Origin: Candidatus Poribacteria bacterium
GTDB taxonomy: Bacteria; Poribacteria; WGA-4E; WGA-3G
Assembly: GCA_965215265.1 (NCBI GenBank)
Contig: OZ244048.1
Span: forward strand, 4,512,001-4,576,000
Direction of reading: 5' to 3'
Length of the DNA: 64,000 nt
Shown here one piece after another: positions 20,590-31,071 of the stretch (position 1 is the stretch's first letter; each line of letters starts with the position of its first letter). The translations under genes and the position numbers were made by a program. A model generated the notes under the pieces. It was given only the letters and a program-made list of their open reading frames with translations, did no database searches and was not told the DNA's origin.

Positions 20590-21009
20590 ATGACTGACAA
20601 GCACAAGGTACTCTTGACGATACCTATGTACCCAGACATGGAACTCACCGCCGCAAAAACAGGCTCCGTAATTGCCGAATTGATGAGCTTTAACGAAGGA
20701 CAGATTGAAGAGATCCAGCTCGCCATCATCGAAACCTGCATTAACGCCTTTGAACATAGCCAAAGTCAAGATAATCAGGTTGTTATAGAGTTCATTATGA
20801 AGGATGACGAATTAGAATTCATCATCACAGACCAAGGGATCGGATTTGAATCCACTTACGAAAATGCCACTACGAAACAAAATGGTTATTCGGACTTGCG
20901 TAAGCGCGGCTGGGGGCTAGAAATCATTAGAACTCTCATGGACAAGGTCGATATTAAAAGCGATATAAACGGGACCACTGTTAGTATTGTTAAAAGGAAA
21001 ACAGTATAA
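20590..21009 (+). CDS. RsbW-like anti-sigma factor / serine kinase
   Basis: ETCINAFEH, DQGIGF and GWGL HATPase_c motifs. Confidence 0.88.
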   Translation: MTDKHKVLLTIPMYPDMELTAAKTGSVIAELMSFNEGQIEEIQLAIIETCINAFEHSQSQDNQVVIEFIMKDDELEFIITDQGIGFESTYENATTKQNGYSDLRKRGWGLEIIRTLMDKVDIKSDINGTTVSIVKRKTV

Positions 21010-21019
21010 CGACTGGAAC

Positions 21020-21379
21020 ATGGAGGAGCCACTTTTGGAAAACACATTAAATATACATATCCGCGAAGCATCGAATTATGCTGTCATTGAAACGGAGGGA
21101 TACCTCAATGACTCACTTGGTGAACAACTCTCATCAAAAGCACACACTCTCATTGAAAAAGGCTGTACGAAACTCGTCATTAATCTTGAGAAAACGTCAC
21201 TGATTAACAGCATCGGCATTTCAATTTTGATAGAAATTATAGAATCCCTTGATGAGCGAGAAGGTACCCTGAATTTTTGTGGACTTACGCCGACGCAAGA
21301 ACGGACGTTCCGCATGATGGCAATCGCGAAATACGCCGGTATTTTCCCCGATGAAGATACCGCCATCTCCAACCTATAA
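21020..21379 (+). CDS. STAS-domain anti-anti-sigma factor (RsbV-like)
   Basis: LVINL...INSIGISIL STAS phosphoacceptor loop. Confidence 0.88.
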   Translation: MEEPLLENTLNIHIREASNYAVIETEGYLNDSLGEQLSSKAHTLIEKGCTKLVINLEKTSLINSIGISILIEIIESLDEREGTLNFCGLTPTQERTFRMMAIAKYAGIFPDEDTAISNL

Positions 21380-21450
21380 TCTCGCGAAAATAGGTTAACC
21401 TGAGTACTTACAAGATAAAAAAAATAATCGGAAGGCACGTAAAACGCAGC

Positions 21451-21515
21451 CCAGTGGGTGGCAGGAAAAGGTAATCTTCTCTCATGGACAGAGAAAGAAT
21501 ACCGAACCTGCCGCT
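21451..21515. repeat. Family 2 double-hairpin element, intergenic
   Basis: ccagtgggtggcagg...cctgccgc. Confidence 0.85.
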
Positions 21516-21554
21516 CAGACAAAAAATTTAGCACTACACAAACAGAGGCACAAG

Positions 21555-23600
21555 ATGAAGATAAACTCAACAGAAGAGACAATACACCGGCTCATATTTA
21601 GTTTATCCGAGCTAGAACAGTTGGGCCAGACGCTTATCTCTGGACACAGTAATTTTAATGTCTCAAGTAAAACCTATCTCCGTATTGCTCTCGGAACACT
21701 CCAAGTTCCACGCGGTGCTATATTGCTATACCATCCGTCGGATAATCAACTCATCCTTGCTGCTGCCCAGTGGGTGGCAGGAAAAGGTAATCTTCTCTGT
21801 CCTGAAGGACAGAGAAAGAATACCGAACCTGCCGCATCAGGTGCATTAAACGCAACCTCAGTTCCGCCTATTGGTATTGAACCGGACGAGGTGCACGCGT
21901 TGTTAAAATATCCTGTTATTGGACTCGGCGCGCCCCCTGAAGAACTTGCTGACTTCTTCGCGCGGCATACAGAACTTTGTCTCACCCTCGGTGCTCAACA
22001 TTGGGTACCGCTAAAAATACACGAGGAATTCCTCGGTATTCTTAGCTTAGGAAAGTTTCTCCAGCCAGAAGTGACTATAGGACTTAGACAGAACACTTCA
22101 ATGCACGAAGGCATTCACTCAGAACATATAACCGATGCAACTCTATTAGGAACATACGAAAAACTCATTACGATTCTTGCGCATCAAATCTCCATCGCTA
22201 TTGCCTATTCTCATATGGTAGAAGGCATCCAAGGCGAAAAATTCCGACTGTTCATGCTTGCAGAAAGTGCACCCCAGATCTGCCAACTCTTACAACCGGA
22301 AGAGGCCGCTGAACAGGTAGTACATCAAGCTGTCGCCTTATTAGATGCAAACGCCGGCGGACTCTTGCTCCTGGACGCAGATAAACGGAATCTCTCTTGG
22401 AAGTATACGTTTCCAGATAACAGTTCCGCTCACTCTGAGGCAGAAATACCGATAATCGGAGAACGAATGGAAGCCACCTCCAAAGCGAATCAAAGCACAG
22501 TATCTTCTGCCGAAATGCTCGCCCGGGTTGTCAAAGAAGGTAAAACGTTGCATTGGCAAACTGACATAGATGGATGCCTCGGAACTAAGAATTTGATGGC
22601 TGTCCCGATACTCGGACGCGATGAAGACGGTCTTGGCGTGCTAGTCGTCGGAGATAAGGAAGAACGCGGTGGCAGGGTCACGGCTTTCAACGATGAAGAC
22701 GCAATCCTACTGGATTCCTTCGCAAAGCAGGGAGGCGTTGCCATAGAAAATGCGCGCCTTCACCAAGAAGCACTTGAAGCCCGTCAATTGCAGGCAGAAA
22801 TGGAGGAAGCTCAAAAAATACAAGAAAACCTCATCCCGGATACACTTCCCGAAATACCCGGATACGAAGTTGCAGGGCATTATGAACCGCGTGGGCCTGT
22901 AGGTGGAGACTACTTCGATTGTCTCAAACTTCCTGCTGGTGGATGGGGGCTTGCCATCGCGGATGTCTCAGGAAAAGGCATGCAAGCAGCGTTGCTTATG
23001 GCAACGCTGCGGGCCGGACTCCTCTCTGAATTGTTCAGAGACACTCCGCTGACAACACAAGAAAAAACGACACAACATCACCGGATACATACAAGAATCC
23101 CCACATACGAAATAATTGAAATGGCATATACACTCAATGCCTTACTTTATGCTAGCGGCACCCCGGAAAAGTACGCAACCTTCTTCTATAGCTACCTTAA
23201 CCCAGAAACAGATGTTCTAACCACACTCAATGCCGGACACAATCCGCCCCTCATAGTCAGAGGCGACGGAACCTGCGCATGGCTCAGCGAGGACGAAGGC
23301 GGCGTTCCACTCGGTATGTTCCCCAACGATATGGTGACAGAGATTGCTGAGTATGAAGCTGGACAAGTCCAGCTGGAAAAAGGCGATACCGTCATTTTTT
23401 ATACCGACGGCGTCACCGAAACCGTCAACATTGAAGATGAATTCTACGACGAAAAACGTCTACAACAGGTTGTCAAAGACTGTAATCCTGCAACAGCCAC
23501 CGATATATGCCAGAGGATTTACGAAGCCGTTACCGCGTTTCAGGGTGAAGCAGACCAGTTTGATGATTTGACACTACTTGTTTTAAGGAAAAAACCGTGA
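21555..23600 (+). CDS. GAF + PP2C/SpoIIE (RsbU-like) phosphatase carrying an in-frame repeat insertion
   Basis: VGGDYFD, DVSGKG, NAGH, YTDGVTE and DDLT motifs; GAF segments ending in AIENARL. Confidence 0.92.
   Translation: MKINSTEETIHRLIFSLSELEQLGQTLISGHSNFNVSSKTYLRIALGTLQVPRGAILLYHPSDNQLILAAAQWVAGKGNLLCPEGQRKNTEPAASGALNATSVPPIGIEPDEVHALLKYPVIGLGAPPEELADFFARHTELCLTLGAQHWVPLKIHEEFLGILSLGKFLQPEVTIGLRQNTSMHEGIHSEHITDATLLGTYEKLITILAHQISIAIAYSHMVEGIQGEKFRLFMLAESAPQICQLLQPEEAAEQVVHQAVALLDANAGGLLLLDADKRNLSWKYTFPDNSSAHSEAEIPIIGERMEATSKANQSTVSSAEMLARVVKEGKTLHWQTDIDGCLGTKNLMAVPILGRDEDGLGVLVVGDKEERGGRVTAFNDEDAILLDSFAKQGGVAIENARLHQEALEARQLQAEMEEAQKIQENLIPDTLPEIPGYEVAGHYEPRGPVGGDYFDCLKLPAGGWGLAIADVSGKGMQAALLMATLRAGLLSELFRDTPLTTQEKTTQHHRIHTRIPTYEIIEMAYTLNALLYASGTPEKYATFFYSYLNPETDVLTTLNAGHNPPLIVRGDGTCAWLSEDEGGVPLGMFPNDMVTEIAEYEAGQVQLEKGDTVIFYTDGVTETVNIEDEFYDEKRLQQVVKDCNPATATDICQRIYEAVTAFQGEADQFDDLTLLVLRKKP
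21767..21835. repeat. Family 2 element inserted in frame (69 nt) in the phosphatase gene
   Basis: Encodes QWVAGKGNLLCPEGQRKNTEPA. Near-identical to 21451-21515. Confidence 0.85.
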
Positions 23601-24547
23601 GAGATAAACCCAGATTCTTAAATCCAGCAATCCTAGCCAGAATCGGAAATCTTGAATTCATTGCAAAATTGGTAGTAGAAGGCTTTATCTCAGGCCTTCA
23701 TAAAAGCCCCTATCACGGATTTAGCGTTGAATTCTCACAATACCGGCAATACATGCCCGGCGACGATACCAAACATATTGATTGGAAAGCTTACGGCCGG
23801 ACGGATAGATACTACATTAAACAGTTTGAAGAAGAAACCAATCTCAACTGCTACCTACTCTTAGATACGAGCCGCTCCATGATGTACCCAATACCCGAAG
23901 ACAAGACTACCGAAAACGATACATCAACACAAGCGAACGATGCTATACGAAAAATAACAAAGTTACAATATGCCAACTTTCTGATAGCCTCCTTGGCGTA
24001 CTTCATGGCAAAACAACGAGATGCCATCGGGTTCGCTTATTTCGATGACATACTTCACGAGTATCTGCCCGCACGAAGCACTGCAACACACTTGCACGCC
24101 ATCTTATTAAAACTGGAGACACTCGAAACCACAAAAAGCACCCGCCTAGGTACACCGCTCCATCAGGTTGCCGAACGACTCACAAAACGCGGATTAGTCA
24201 TCTTTATCTCCGACCTCTACGATGAAAACCGAGACGAACTCCTCGCAGGACTAGAACACCTTCGCTATGATGGGCATGAAGTTATCGTTTTCCATATCCT
24301 TGCACAGGAAGAACTGAACTTTGATTATAAACGGCCCATCAGATTTGTTGACTCAGAAACCGATGCGGAAATAATCACAACCCCGCAAGCCATTCAAGCG
24401 AATTATCTGCAACATTTCAATGCATTTATTGAAACCTACGGAGTTGCCATGCGCCAAGCCGATATAGATTATAATCTGATAAACACCTCAACGCCAATCG
24501 ATTTCGCGCTCTCATCCTACTTAGCCAAACGGCAAGGTTTTTTATAA
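23597..24547 (+). CDS. DUF58 domain protein
   Basis: GLHKSPYHGFSVEFSQYRQY.PGDD, IDWK and ISD motifs. Confidence 0.92.
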   Translation: MRDKPRFLNPAILARIGNLEFIAKLVVEGFISGLHKSPYHGFSVEFSQYRQYMPGDDTKHIDWKAYGRTDRYYIKQFEEETNLNCYLLLDTSRSMMYPIPEDKTTENDTSTQANDAIRKITKLQYANFLIASLAYFMAKQRDAIGFAYFDDILHEYLPARSTATHLHAILLKLETLETTKSTRLGTPLHQVAERLTKRGLVIFISDLYDENRDELLAGLEHLRYDGHEVIVFHILAQEELNFDYKRPIRFVDSETDAEIITTPQAIQANYLQHFNAFIETYGVAMRQADIDYNLINTSTPIDFALSSYLAKRQGFL

Positions 24548-24548
24548 T

Positions 24549-24776
24549 CTTTCGTCTACTGCAGCACGTCACCGATGGATTTTATGAACACCCACGCACA
24601 AATCTCGTGGCAGATTAGGTATTCTTTGTTTGTCCATGAGACAAGACAACCTTATACCTGCCATCTATAGATCGGAGTTTTCCGATGTTATGAATCAAAA
24701 CAGAGAGCGGCTCAGACGAGTTTTGTAAATGTTTTATCAAAACATCGATGGTAACGTGCTAAAATATACAAAAAAA
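24549..24776. repeat. Family 1 element with a family 2 insert
   Basis: aaatctcg|tcggag is split by tggcag...ctgccatctataga. Confidence 0.8.
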
Positions 24777-24781
24777 GGAAA

Positions 24782-26917
24782 ATGATGCCAGCTTTTTTAT
24801 TTCCACTCTTCGCAATCGCCGGTCTCATCGGGGCATCGATACCTGTCATCATACACTTGCTGAATCGTGAACGGGCACAACAGCTTATCTTCAGCACGCT
24901 GCGTTTCATCCAGATGTCGCATCAGACTAACGTGCAGCGGCACCAACTCAAACGTATGCTCTTGCTGCTGCTGCGTATCCTGATATTGGTTCTACTAGGG
25001 CTCGCTTTCGCACGCCCGTTCTTCGCCGCAGTGCCTGATAACGCACAGCAAACTGGCGGGAAACGAAATGTCGTTATCATTTTGGATACCTCCTATAGCA
25101 TGCAGTACCAGAACAACTTCGCTACAGCCAAAAAGGAAGCACTAGAAATTCTGGACAATCTTGATGCTACAGATGCCGCTGGACTCATCCTTGCCTCAAA
25201 TAGAGCCAGAATCGTCACACCGCTCGGCTCAGAATTTACACACATCCGAACCGCTATAAACAGTGCAACAGTGACAAATGAGACAACCGATTATCTAGAT
25301 GCGATTCAAACTGCCGATGAGATACTCCAACCTATCCTAATTGGCCAGAAATCCATCTATCTCGTGGCAGATATGCAAAAAAATGGGTGGAATAACTTCA
25401 TAGAAACCGATAAACTCAGCCCTGATGTTAACATAGTGTTGGTCAATGTTCGTACCGAACAACCGCATAACGTGACTATCACGGCTATCAACGTACCGCC
25501 TATTATCTTAAACGAACAAAAGCATACCCAACTTGTAGCGCGACTTTTTAATTTCGGAAACCAACCCGTTGAAGAGATGCCGGTACACCTCATAATTGAT
25601 GGAAAATTGATTAGCACGACAAAATTAGATATTGAACCCAACGATATCAAAGATGCAGTCTTCAAGATTGATTCATTATTCAATAGCGAAAACGCGGCGA
25701 TACATAGGGGATGGGTTGAAATTCCTAGCGACGCGTTGGTAATTGACAATAGACGTTATTTCATGTTGAAGAGTCTCACCTCTATTAAAGTTCTCTGTAT
25801 CAACGGAGAATACCAAACGCCGGTCGACCTAAGTGAAACATTCTTTCTAAAGAGGGCAATTGGGGCAGGAAGTGAAGCCGTCCCAATAGAGTTGACTGAA
25901 CTGCGAAGGCTGCCGGATGCAGCCACACTCTCGCAGTACGACGTTCTTCTTCTCGCCAACGTTTCTCAGCTCACTTCAACGGAAGCAAACGCATTGAAGG
26001 CTTACGTGAGCAGCGGCGGCGGGTTGATGTGTACAGTAGGCGATAAGGTTCAAGGCGATACTTACCAGCAGCAACTGAGTTCACTCATGCCGTGCACCTT
26101 TGTCCAATCCGTCGGAGATGCGTTTGAACGAGAAGAGTTCCGGCTCATCGCTACAGTCAACTATGAACACCCGATTTTCGCGCCGTTCAAAGAACCGAAC
26201 CACGGTGATTTCGGCAAAGCGCGGGTTTATAAGTACTTAGAAGCTGTACCTACCGGCGGTGACGCTGTCGTCATCGCTACCTATGACGATGGCAATCCTG
26301 CACTCTTTGAAAGAACCTACGGGACGGGACGTGTTCTCTGCTTTACCTCCACACTTGACAGGGAATGGACAGACTTACCAATTCGTGCTGTCTATCTCCC
26401 CTTCCTGCATGAATCTATAAAATATCTTGCTCTTAAACAGGTAGACGAAGCACCCGATTACCTTATCGGTGACAGTGTTGAACTCAGCGGTTTTGAAGGT
26501 TCAACTGCAAAGGAACTGGCTGTTTTCAATCCACACAACGAAGAGACACGCCTAAGCTTGATAACGGATACCAATGAAGGAGAGCTGTCTACTCCCGGGC
26601 GGAGCGTCACATACCAAAAAACCGAACTGCCCGGCATCTATTCCGTCCACGCCTCGGGGGCAACCTCACGCTACTTTGTTGTCAACCTGGATGCTACTGA
26701 ATCCAATCTCGACGCGCGTGATGTTGAAGAATTAGAGAGTATGTTAATGGGCGCGGCCGAGGCTAACAGCACTCAGGAAATAACCGGGCTCAACGCGAAA
26801 CAACTCATTGCAAAGTACCATGAGGATGTTGAAAAGAATCAGAACGTATGGGTGTATTTCATGCTTGCTGTCTTTGTCCTCGCTATAACCGAGATGTTTT
26901 TTTCAAACCGGATTTAG
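24782..26917 (+). CDS. BatA + VWA domain membrane protein
   Basis: PVIIHLL...LAFARP BatA N-terminus, DTSYSM MIDAS, C-terminal TM helix. Confidence 0.88.
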   Translation: MMPAFLFPLFAIAGLIGASIPVIIHLLNRERAQQLIFSTLRFIQMSHQTNVQRHQLKRMLLLLLRILILVLLGLAFARPFFAAVPDNAQQTGGKRNVVIILDTSYSMQYQNNFATAKKEALEILDNLDATDAAGLILASNRARIVTPLGSEFTHIRTAINSATVTNETTDYLDAIQTADEILQPILIGQKSIYLVADMQKNGWNNFIETDKLSPDVNIVLVNVRTEQPHNVTITAINVPPIILNEQKHTQLVARLFNFGNQPVEEMPVHLIIDGKLISTTKLDIEPNDIKDAVFKIDSLFNSENAAIHRGWVEIPSDALVIDNRRYFMLKSLTSIKVLCINGEYQTPVDLSETFFLKRAIGAGSEAVPIELTELRRLPDAATLSQYDVLLLANVSQLTSTEANALKAYVSSGGGLMCTVGDKVQGDTYQQQLSSLMPCTFVQSVGDAFEREEFRLIATVNYEHPIFAPFKEPNHGDFGKARVYKYLEAVPTGGDAVVIATYDDGNPALFERTYGTGRVLCFTSTLDREWTDLPIRAVYLPFLHESIKYLALKQVDEAPDYLIGDSVELSGFEGSTAKELAVFNPHNEETRLSLITDTNEGELSTPGRSVTYQKTELPGIYSVHASGATSRYFVVNLDATESNLDARDVEELESMLMGAAEANSTQEITGLNAKQLIAKYHEDVEKNQNVWVYFMLAVFVLAITEMFFSNRI

Positions 26918-26920
26918 TAG

Positions 26921-27011
26921 ATTTCGTCTACTGCAGCACGTTTTGTAAATGTTTTATCAAAACATCGATGGTAATGTGCTAAAATATACAAAAAAACGGA
27001 GATATACGAAA
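26921..27011. repeat. Truncated family 1 element
   Basis: Shares about 55 nt with 24721-24776. Confidence 0.75.
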
Positions 27012-27077
27012 TTGGTTCCCATATTAGATAGAACGAGCGCGAAAGCGCCACCAACATTAGTGCAAGGGCGACCTTAC

Positions 27078-27983
27078 TTGAGTCATACACAACAAGTCCC
27101 TAAAATTGCATCTGATAAGCAAGTACAGTTCTTTGTTAAGAACGGGTATCTCGTTGTTCCAGGTCTGCTCTCCGATGAAGAAATTGCGGAATTAAGGCAA
27201 GATACAACTACACTCGCCAGGGGTGGGCATCCCTGCGACACCCTCAAACCGGTGCCAGATGAAATAAGTGACGAAGAAGCAATTAGCCGCATTCTCTGTA
27301 TACATCAACCACACTTCGTCAGTCCTATCATTGAGAAATACATCAAACACCCCAAAATCTGTGGTATTTTAAGCCAGATAACCGCTGCGCACCTCCCACA
27401 CTGGGATGGCAGTGTCAAGTGTATGCAGTCAATGCTTTTCGTCAAACCACCCGAATTTCAAGGGCAAGCATGGCATCAGGATGAAATCTATATACCGACG
27501 CGCGACCGTTCGCTAATCGGCGCGTGGATTGCCATGGATAACGCGACCGTTGAAAACGGCTGCTTGTGGGTCCTCCCCGGTTCCCACCGGCCCGGGTACC
27601 TCTACCCACAAAAACCGCACGAAAATCCAGACGAATTCGATTTTGCAGAAGAGAGCTTCGGATTCGATGAAAAGGATGAAGTACCTGTAGAGGTGACAAC
27701 CGGAACACTTGTTTTTTTCAATGGATACTTGCTCCATCGCTCTCGTAAGAATCGTGGGCACACCTATCGACGGGTTCTGGTAAACCATTACTGTAACGCC
27801 TGGTCGTTATTACCCTGGTCGATACGCGAGGATGAACGGCCCGCCAGCGCAGACAGGCGATGCATCATTCCAGTTTCTGGTGTCGACCCCTATGCTTGGA
27901 AGGGATACGATGCAGCACCCAAAAACGTCTCATTGCGAACCTGCAAAACCGTTCAGCAACTGGAGGCATCAAATGACAGTTGA
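27078..27983 (+). CDS. PhyH family dioxygenase (start uncertain; the ORF extends to 26949 through a repeat)
   Basis: WHQDE, AWIAMD, NGCL, HRS and RR motifs. Confidence 0.88.
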   Translation: MSHTQQVPKIASDKQVQFFVKNGYLVVPGLLSDEEIAELRQDTTTLARGGHPCDTLKPVPDEISDEEAISRILCIHQPHFVSPIIEKYIKHPKICGILSQITAAHLPHWDGSVKCMQSMLFVKPPEFQGQAWHQDEIYIPTRDRSLIGAWIAMDNATVENGCLWVLPGSHRPGYLYPQKPHENPDEFDFAEESFGFDEKDEVPVEVTTGTLVFFNGYLLHRSRKNRGHTYRRVLVNHYCNAWSLLPWSIREDERPASADRRCIIPVSGVDPYAWKGYDAAPKNVSLRTCKTVQQLEASNDS

Positions 27984-28176
27984 ACACCGAGAGGAATTGA
28001 AACAAACGTTGGCACTGATGTTTGAACGGATTCAATCCGGCGCGGATATCACAGAACAGCTCCTCCGCATCAACACACTGCATTGCCTCATCTCACCAAC
28101 AGCTCCTCGCATGCTCGACCACTATCTTGAGCGCAAGAGCTATACAAAAGCGTTAGAACTCTTGATGCAGATGTAA
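27973..28176 (+). CDS. Small hypothetical protein (HYLERKSYTKAL)
   Basis: GGAGG SD upstream; overlaps the PhyH stop codon. Confidence 0.6.
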   Translation: MTVEHREELKQTLALMFERIQSGADITEQLLRINTLHCLISPTAPRMLDHYLERKSYTKALELLMQM

Positions 28177-28345
28177 TTTTGTCTACTGCAGCACGTTAAC
28201 GATGATGTAATGTTTACCCTTGTACAAAATTCGTCGGAGCCGTTATATATTTTGACTCAAAAGACTATACCTAAGAAGCCTCCGACGAGATTTACATCAG
28301 ATGTAACACAACATAACCGTTGATGGTACGGAGATATACGAAAAA
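28177..28345. repeat. Complete family 1 element
   Basis: Arm-core-inverted arm, about 170 bp. Confidence 0.85.
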
Positions 28346-28352
28346 CGAAAGA

Positions 28353-29111
28353 ATGAAAAGAATTGATGGACGCCAGCCAGATGAGTTGCGCCCGGTTAAA
28401 ATCAAGCGCAACTATATTAAGCACGCCGAAGGATCTGTTTTTATCGCAATTGGAGATACCCAAATAATATGCACCGCTTCTGTTGAAGACCAGCAGCCCA
28501 GTTTCATGCGTCAACAACGTATCCGCAAAAGAGGTTGGGTAACCGCAGAATACTCCATGCTGCCACGCTCCACCGCAGAACGGATGCAACGCGAGATATC
28601 TCGTGGACACCTCGCAGGCAGAACCCAGGAAATTCAACGGCTCATCGGACGTGCATTGCGCACCGCCGTCGATCTTTACGCTTTAGAAGAAAAAACAATT
28701 TGGATCGACTGTGATGTCATTCAGGCGGACGGTGGTACGCGCACTGCTGCTATTACAGGGGCCTTCATCGCACTTTGGGATGCCGGACAATACCTGCTTC
28801 AACGTCAGAAAATCAAAAACTTCCCCATCCGGGAGAATATAGCCGCAACGAGCGTCGGAATTATCAAAGGGCAATCCCTATTAGATCTCTGTTACGCCGA
28901 AGACTCTACTGCCGATGTCGATATGAATGTTGTTATGACAGGGACAGGCAAATTTATAGAGATACAAGGGACTGCTGAAGTGCAGCCTTTTTCGCGTGAA
29001 GAATCCGACAAACTTTTGGAACTCGCTACCGGGGGCATCCAGCAACTTATCCGATTGCAAAACAAAATGATGCTCGAAAACTTGGAGACGCTTGTATGGC
29101 CAGAGAAGTAA
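28353..29111 (+). CDS. rph: Ribonuclease PH
   Basis: [35 protein letters not shown] and EIQGTAE motifs. Confidence 0.97.
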   Translation: MKRIDGRQPDELRPVKIKRNYIKHAEGSVFIAIGDTQIICTASVEDQQPSFMRQQRIRKRGWVTAEYSMLPRSTAERMQREISRGHLAGRTQEIQRLIGRALRTAVDLYALEEKTIWIDCDVIQADGGTRTAAITGAFIALWDAGQYLLQRQKIKNFPIRENIAATSVGIIKGQSLLDLCYAEDSTADVDMNVVMTGTGKFIEIQGTAEVQPFSREESDKLLELATGGIQQLIRLQNKMMLENLETLVWPEK

Positions 29112-29481
29112 TTCGTCTACTGCAGCACATCGCAAGTTGCTGTAATGTTATACCCCTTACAAATCTCGTTCTTTGTATACTGCAGCACAGCAACACCGGA
29201 CGGGGTGATAACGCTTGCACAAATCTCGTTCTTTCGTCTACAGGAGCACAACACAACAGATGTAATGAACACCCACGCACAAATCTCGTCTGAGCCATTT
29301 TAGGTTTAGATTCAAACAAAAACATCAAGAGGCTCCGACGAGATTTACACAGTCATTGACAATACATCAGGCGTTATCGGGCTGAAATATACAAAAAATT
29401 GTGTTCATAAAATCCATCGGTGACGTGCTGCAGTAGACGAAAACGTGCTAAAGGATACAAAACGTGCTAAAAGATACGAAA
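29112..29481. repeat. Family 1 cluster with three tandem ~60-nt arms
   Basis: Arms start at about 29112, 29172 and 29232, each ending in aaatctcgt. Confidence 0.85.
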
Positions 29482-30096
29482 AGACTTGTATTGGCGACAC
29501 GGAACCACGGGAAAGTTAGAGAATTGATAGCTCTTGTCAAAAACGCTCTATATGAGGAAACAGCCTCGGCGCACTGTTCAATTCAAATTCTAACGCTGCA
29601 GGACTTCCTTGATGCCCCGGATGTTATAGAGGATGGCGAGACCTACGTGGAAAACGCAATCAAGAAAGCGAAAGTCATCGCTGACTATACCGGACACCTT
29701 ACTCTTGCCGATGATGCAGGGTTAGAGGTAGACGCACTCAACGGTGCCCCAGGTGTCAGATCCAAACGCTGGGCATCCGAAGAGACACGACTGACAAAAC
29801 TACTAAAAGCGTTAGAATCGAAGACTCAGAGGAGTGCCCGATTTGTCACGGCTATTGCACTCGTTGCCCCGAATTCAGAACCAGAAGTGGTAATTGGCGT
29901 TTGTGAAGGCAGTATTGCACATGCACCGGCCGGCAAGGGCGGTTTTGGATACGATCCGGTATTTGTCCCTGAAGGACATGACAAGACTTTTGCTGAATTG
30001 GGAGATGACATCAAAAATCAGATCAGCCATAGGGCTAAAGCACTGCAGCTTGCACTCCCATTATTGTTAAAAAAAGTGGTTTTTAGTATACAGTAG
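29464..30096 (+). CDS. rdgB: dITP/XTP pyrophosphatase (RdgB/HAM1)
   Basis: ATRNHGK, DDAGL, GFGYDP and KNQISHR motifs. Confidence 0.95.
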   Translation: MLKDTKRLVLATRNHGKVRELIALVKNALYEETASAHCSIQILTLQDFLDAPDVIEDGETYVENAIKKAKVIADYTGHLTLADDAGLEVDALNGAPGVRSKRWASEETRLTKLLKALESKTQRSARFVTAIALVAPNSEPEVVIGVCEGSIAHAPAGKGGFGYDPVFVPEGHDKTFAELGDDIKNQISHRAKALQLALPLLLKKVVFSIQ

Positions 30097-30446
30097 CACA
30101 ACAAAGGCGTGTGTTGTGATAAATCCTTTACAAATCTCGTTCTTTCGTCTACAGGAGCCCAATGACGCTCTATGTTTTGTAAAAATCTGTGAAAATCTCG
30201 TCTGAGCCGTCTGGTGTTTTGACTTTAAAGACATTACCTAGAGCGTCTCCGACGAGTTTTATCTATAGATTGGCAGGTAAAAGGTAGCACTAGCGTGTCC
30301 TGAAGGACACGCATAGACTACCTATCCTCCCAACACAGTCATTGACAATGCATAATGCGTTATCGGGCTGAAATATACAAAAAAAACGAGATTTACATCA
30401 GAACCATCAAAACATAGACCGTAATGGTACGGAGATATACAAAAAA
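30080..30446. repeat. Family 1 cluster with a family 2 insert (30261-30332)
   Basis: Tandem arms plus atctatagat-tggcagg...cctccca. Confidence 0.85.
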
Positions 30447-31004
30447 ATGGCAGCTCTTAATGATTTAAAGAATGGATTAGTTATCCGACTCAACGATACA
30501 ATCTACACGATTGTAGATTGTCAACATGTCAAACCGGGTAAAGGCGGTGCGTTCGCCCGGACGAAAATTAAGCGCGTAAGCGATGGTGCTGTGCTAGACC
30601 GGACCTTCCGAACAAACGAGACTGTTGAAACCGTCCGACTTCTTGACCACGAAATGCAATATCTATACAGTGACGGCGACGCATTCTACTTTATGGACAA
30701 CGAAACTTTTGAACAGTATATCCTCAGCGCCGACCTCATCGGCGACGGATTGAAATTCTTAAAAGAAGGCGAGAGCGTTACCGTCAAAATGGAAGGAACC
30801 ATGCCAATAGCACTTGAATTGCCGACGTTCGTCGTACTTAAAATCGTCGAGACTGATCCCGGATTACGTGGGGATACAGTAAGCGGCGGCTCCAAACGCG
30901 CTACACTTGAAACCGGCGCCGTCGTTAACGTACCGCTCTTCGTTCAAAACGAAACTGACATCAAAGTTGACACACGCACTGGAAAATATGTCGAAAGGGT
31001 TTAG
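30447..31004 (+). CDS. efp: Elongation factor P
   Basis: KPGKGGAF, GDT, VPLF and DTRTG.Y motifs. Confidence 0.98.
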   Translation: MAALNDLKNGLVIRLNDTIYTIVDCQHVKPGKGGAFARTKIKRVSDGAVLDRTFRTNETVETVRLLDHEMQYLYSDGDAFYFMDNETFEQYILSADLIGDGLKFLKEGESVTVKMEGTMPIALELPTFVVLKIVETDPGLRGDTVSGGSKRATLETGAVVNVPLFVQNETDIKVDTRTGKYVERV

Positions 31005-31071
31005 AAATGAACAGAAAGAGAAAAAGTCTGGCAGAGGCGGCACCCCCTACGCAAGCACGCGATAAACCTTA

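Noticed and set aside
29112-29291. Canonical CRISPR array
   Set aside because: Units are degenerate, the 'spacers' recur at other loci (e.g. the aacacaacagatgtaatgaacacc middle also lies in 8239-8357), there are only 2-3 units, and no cas genes are present.
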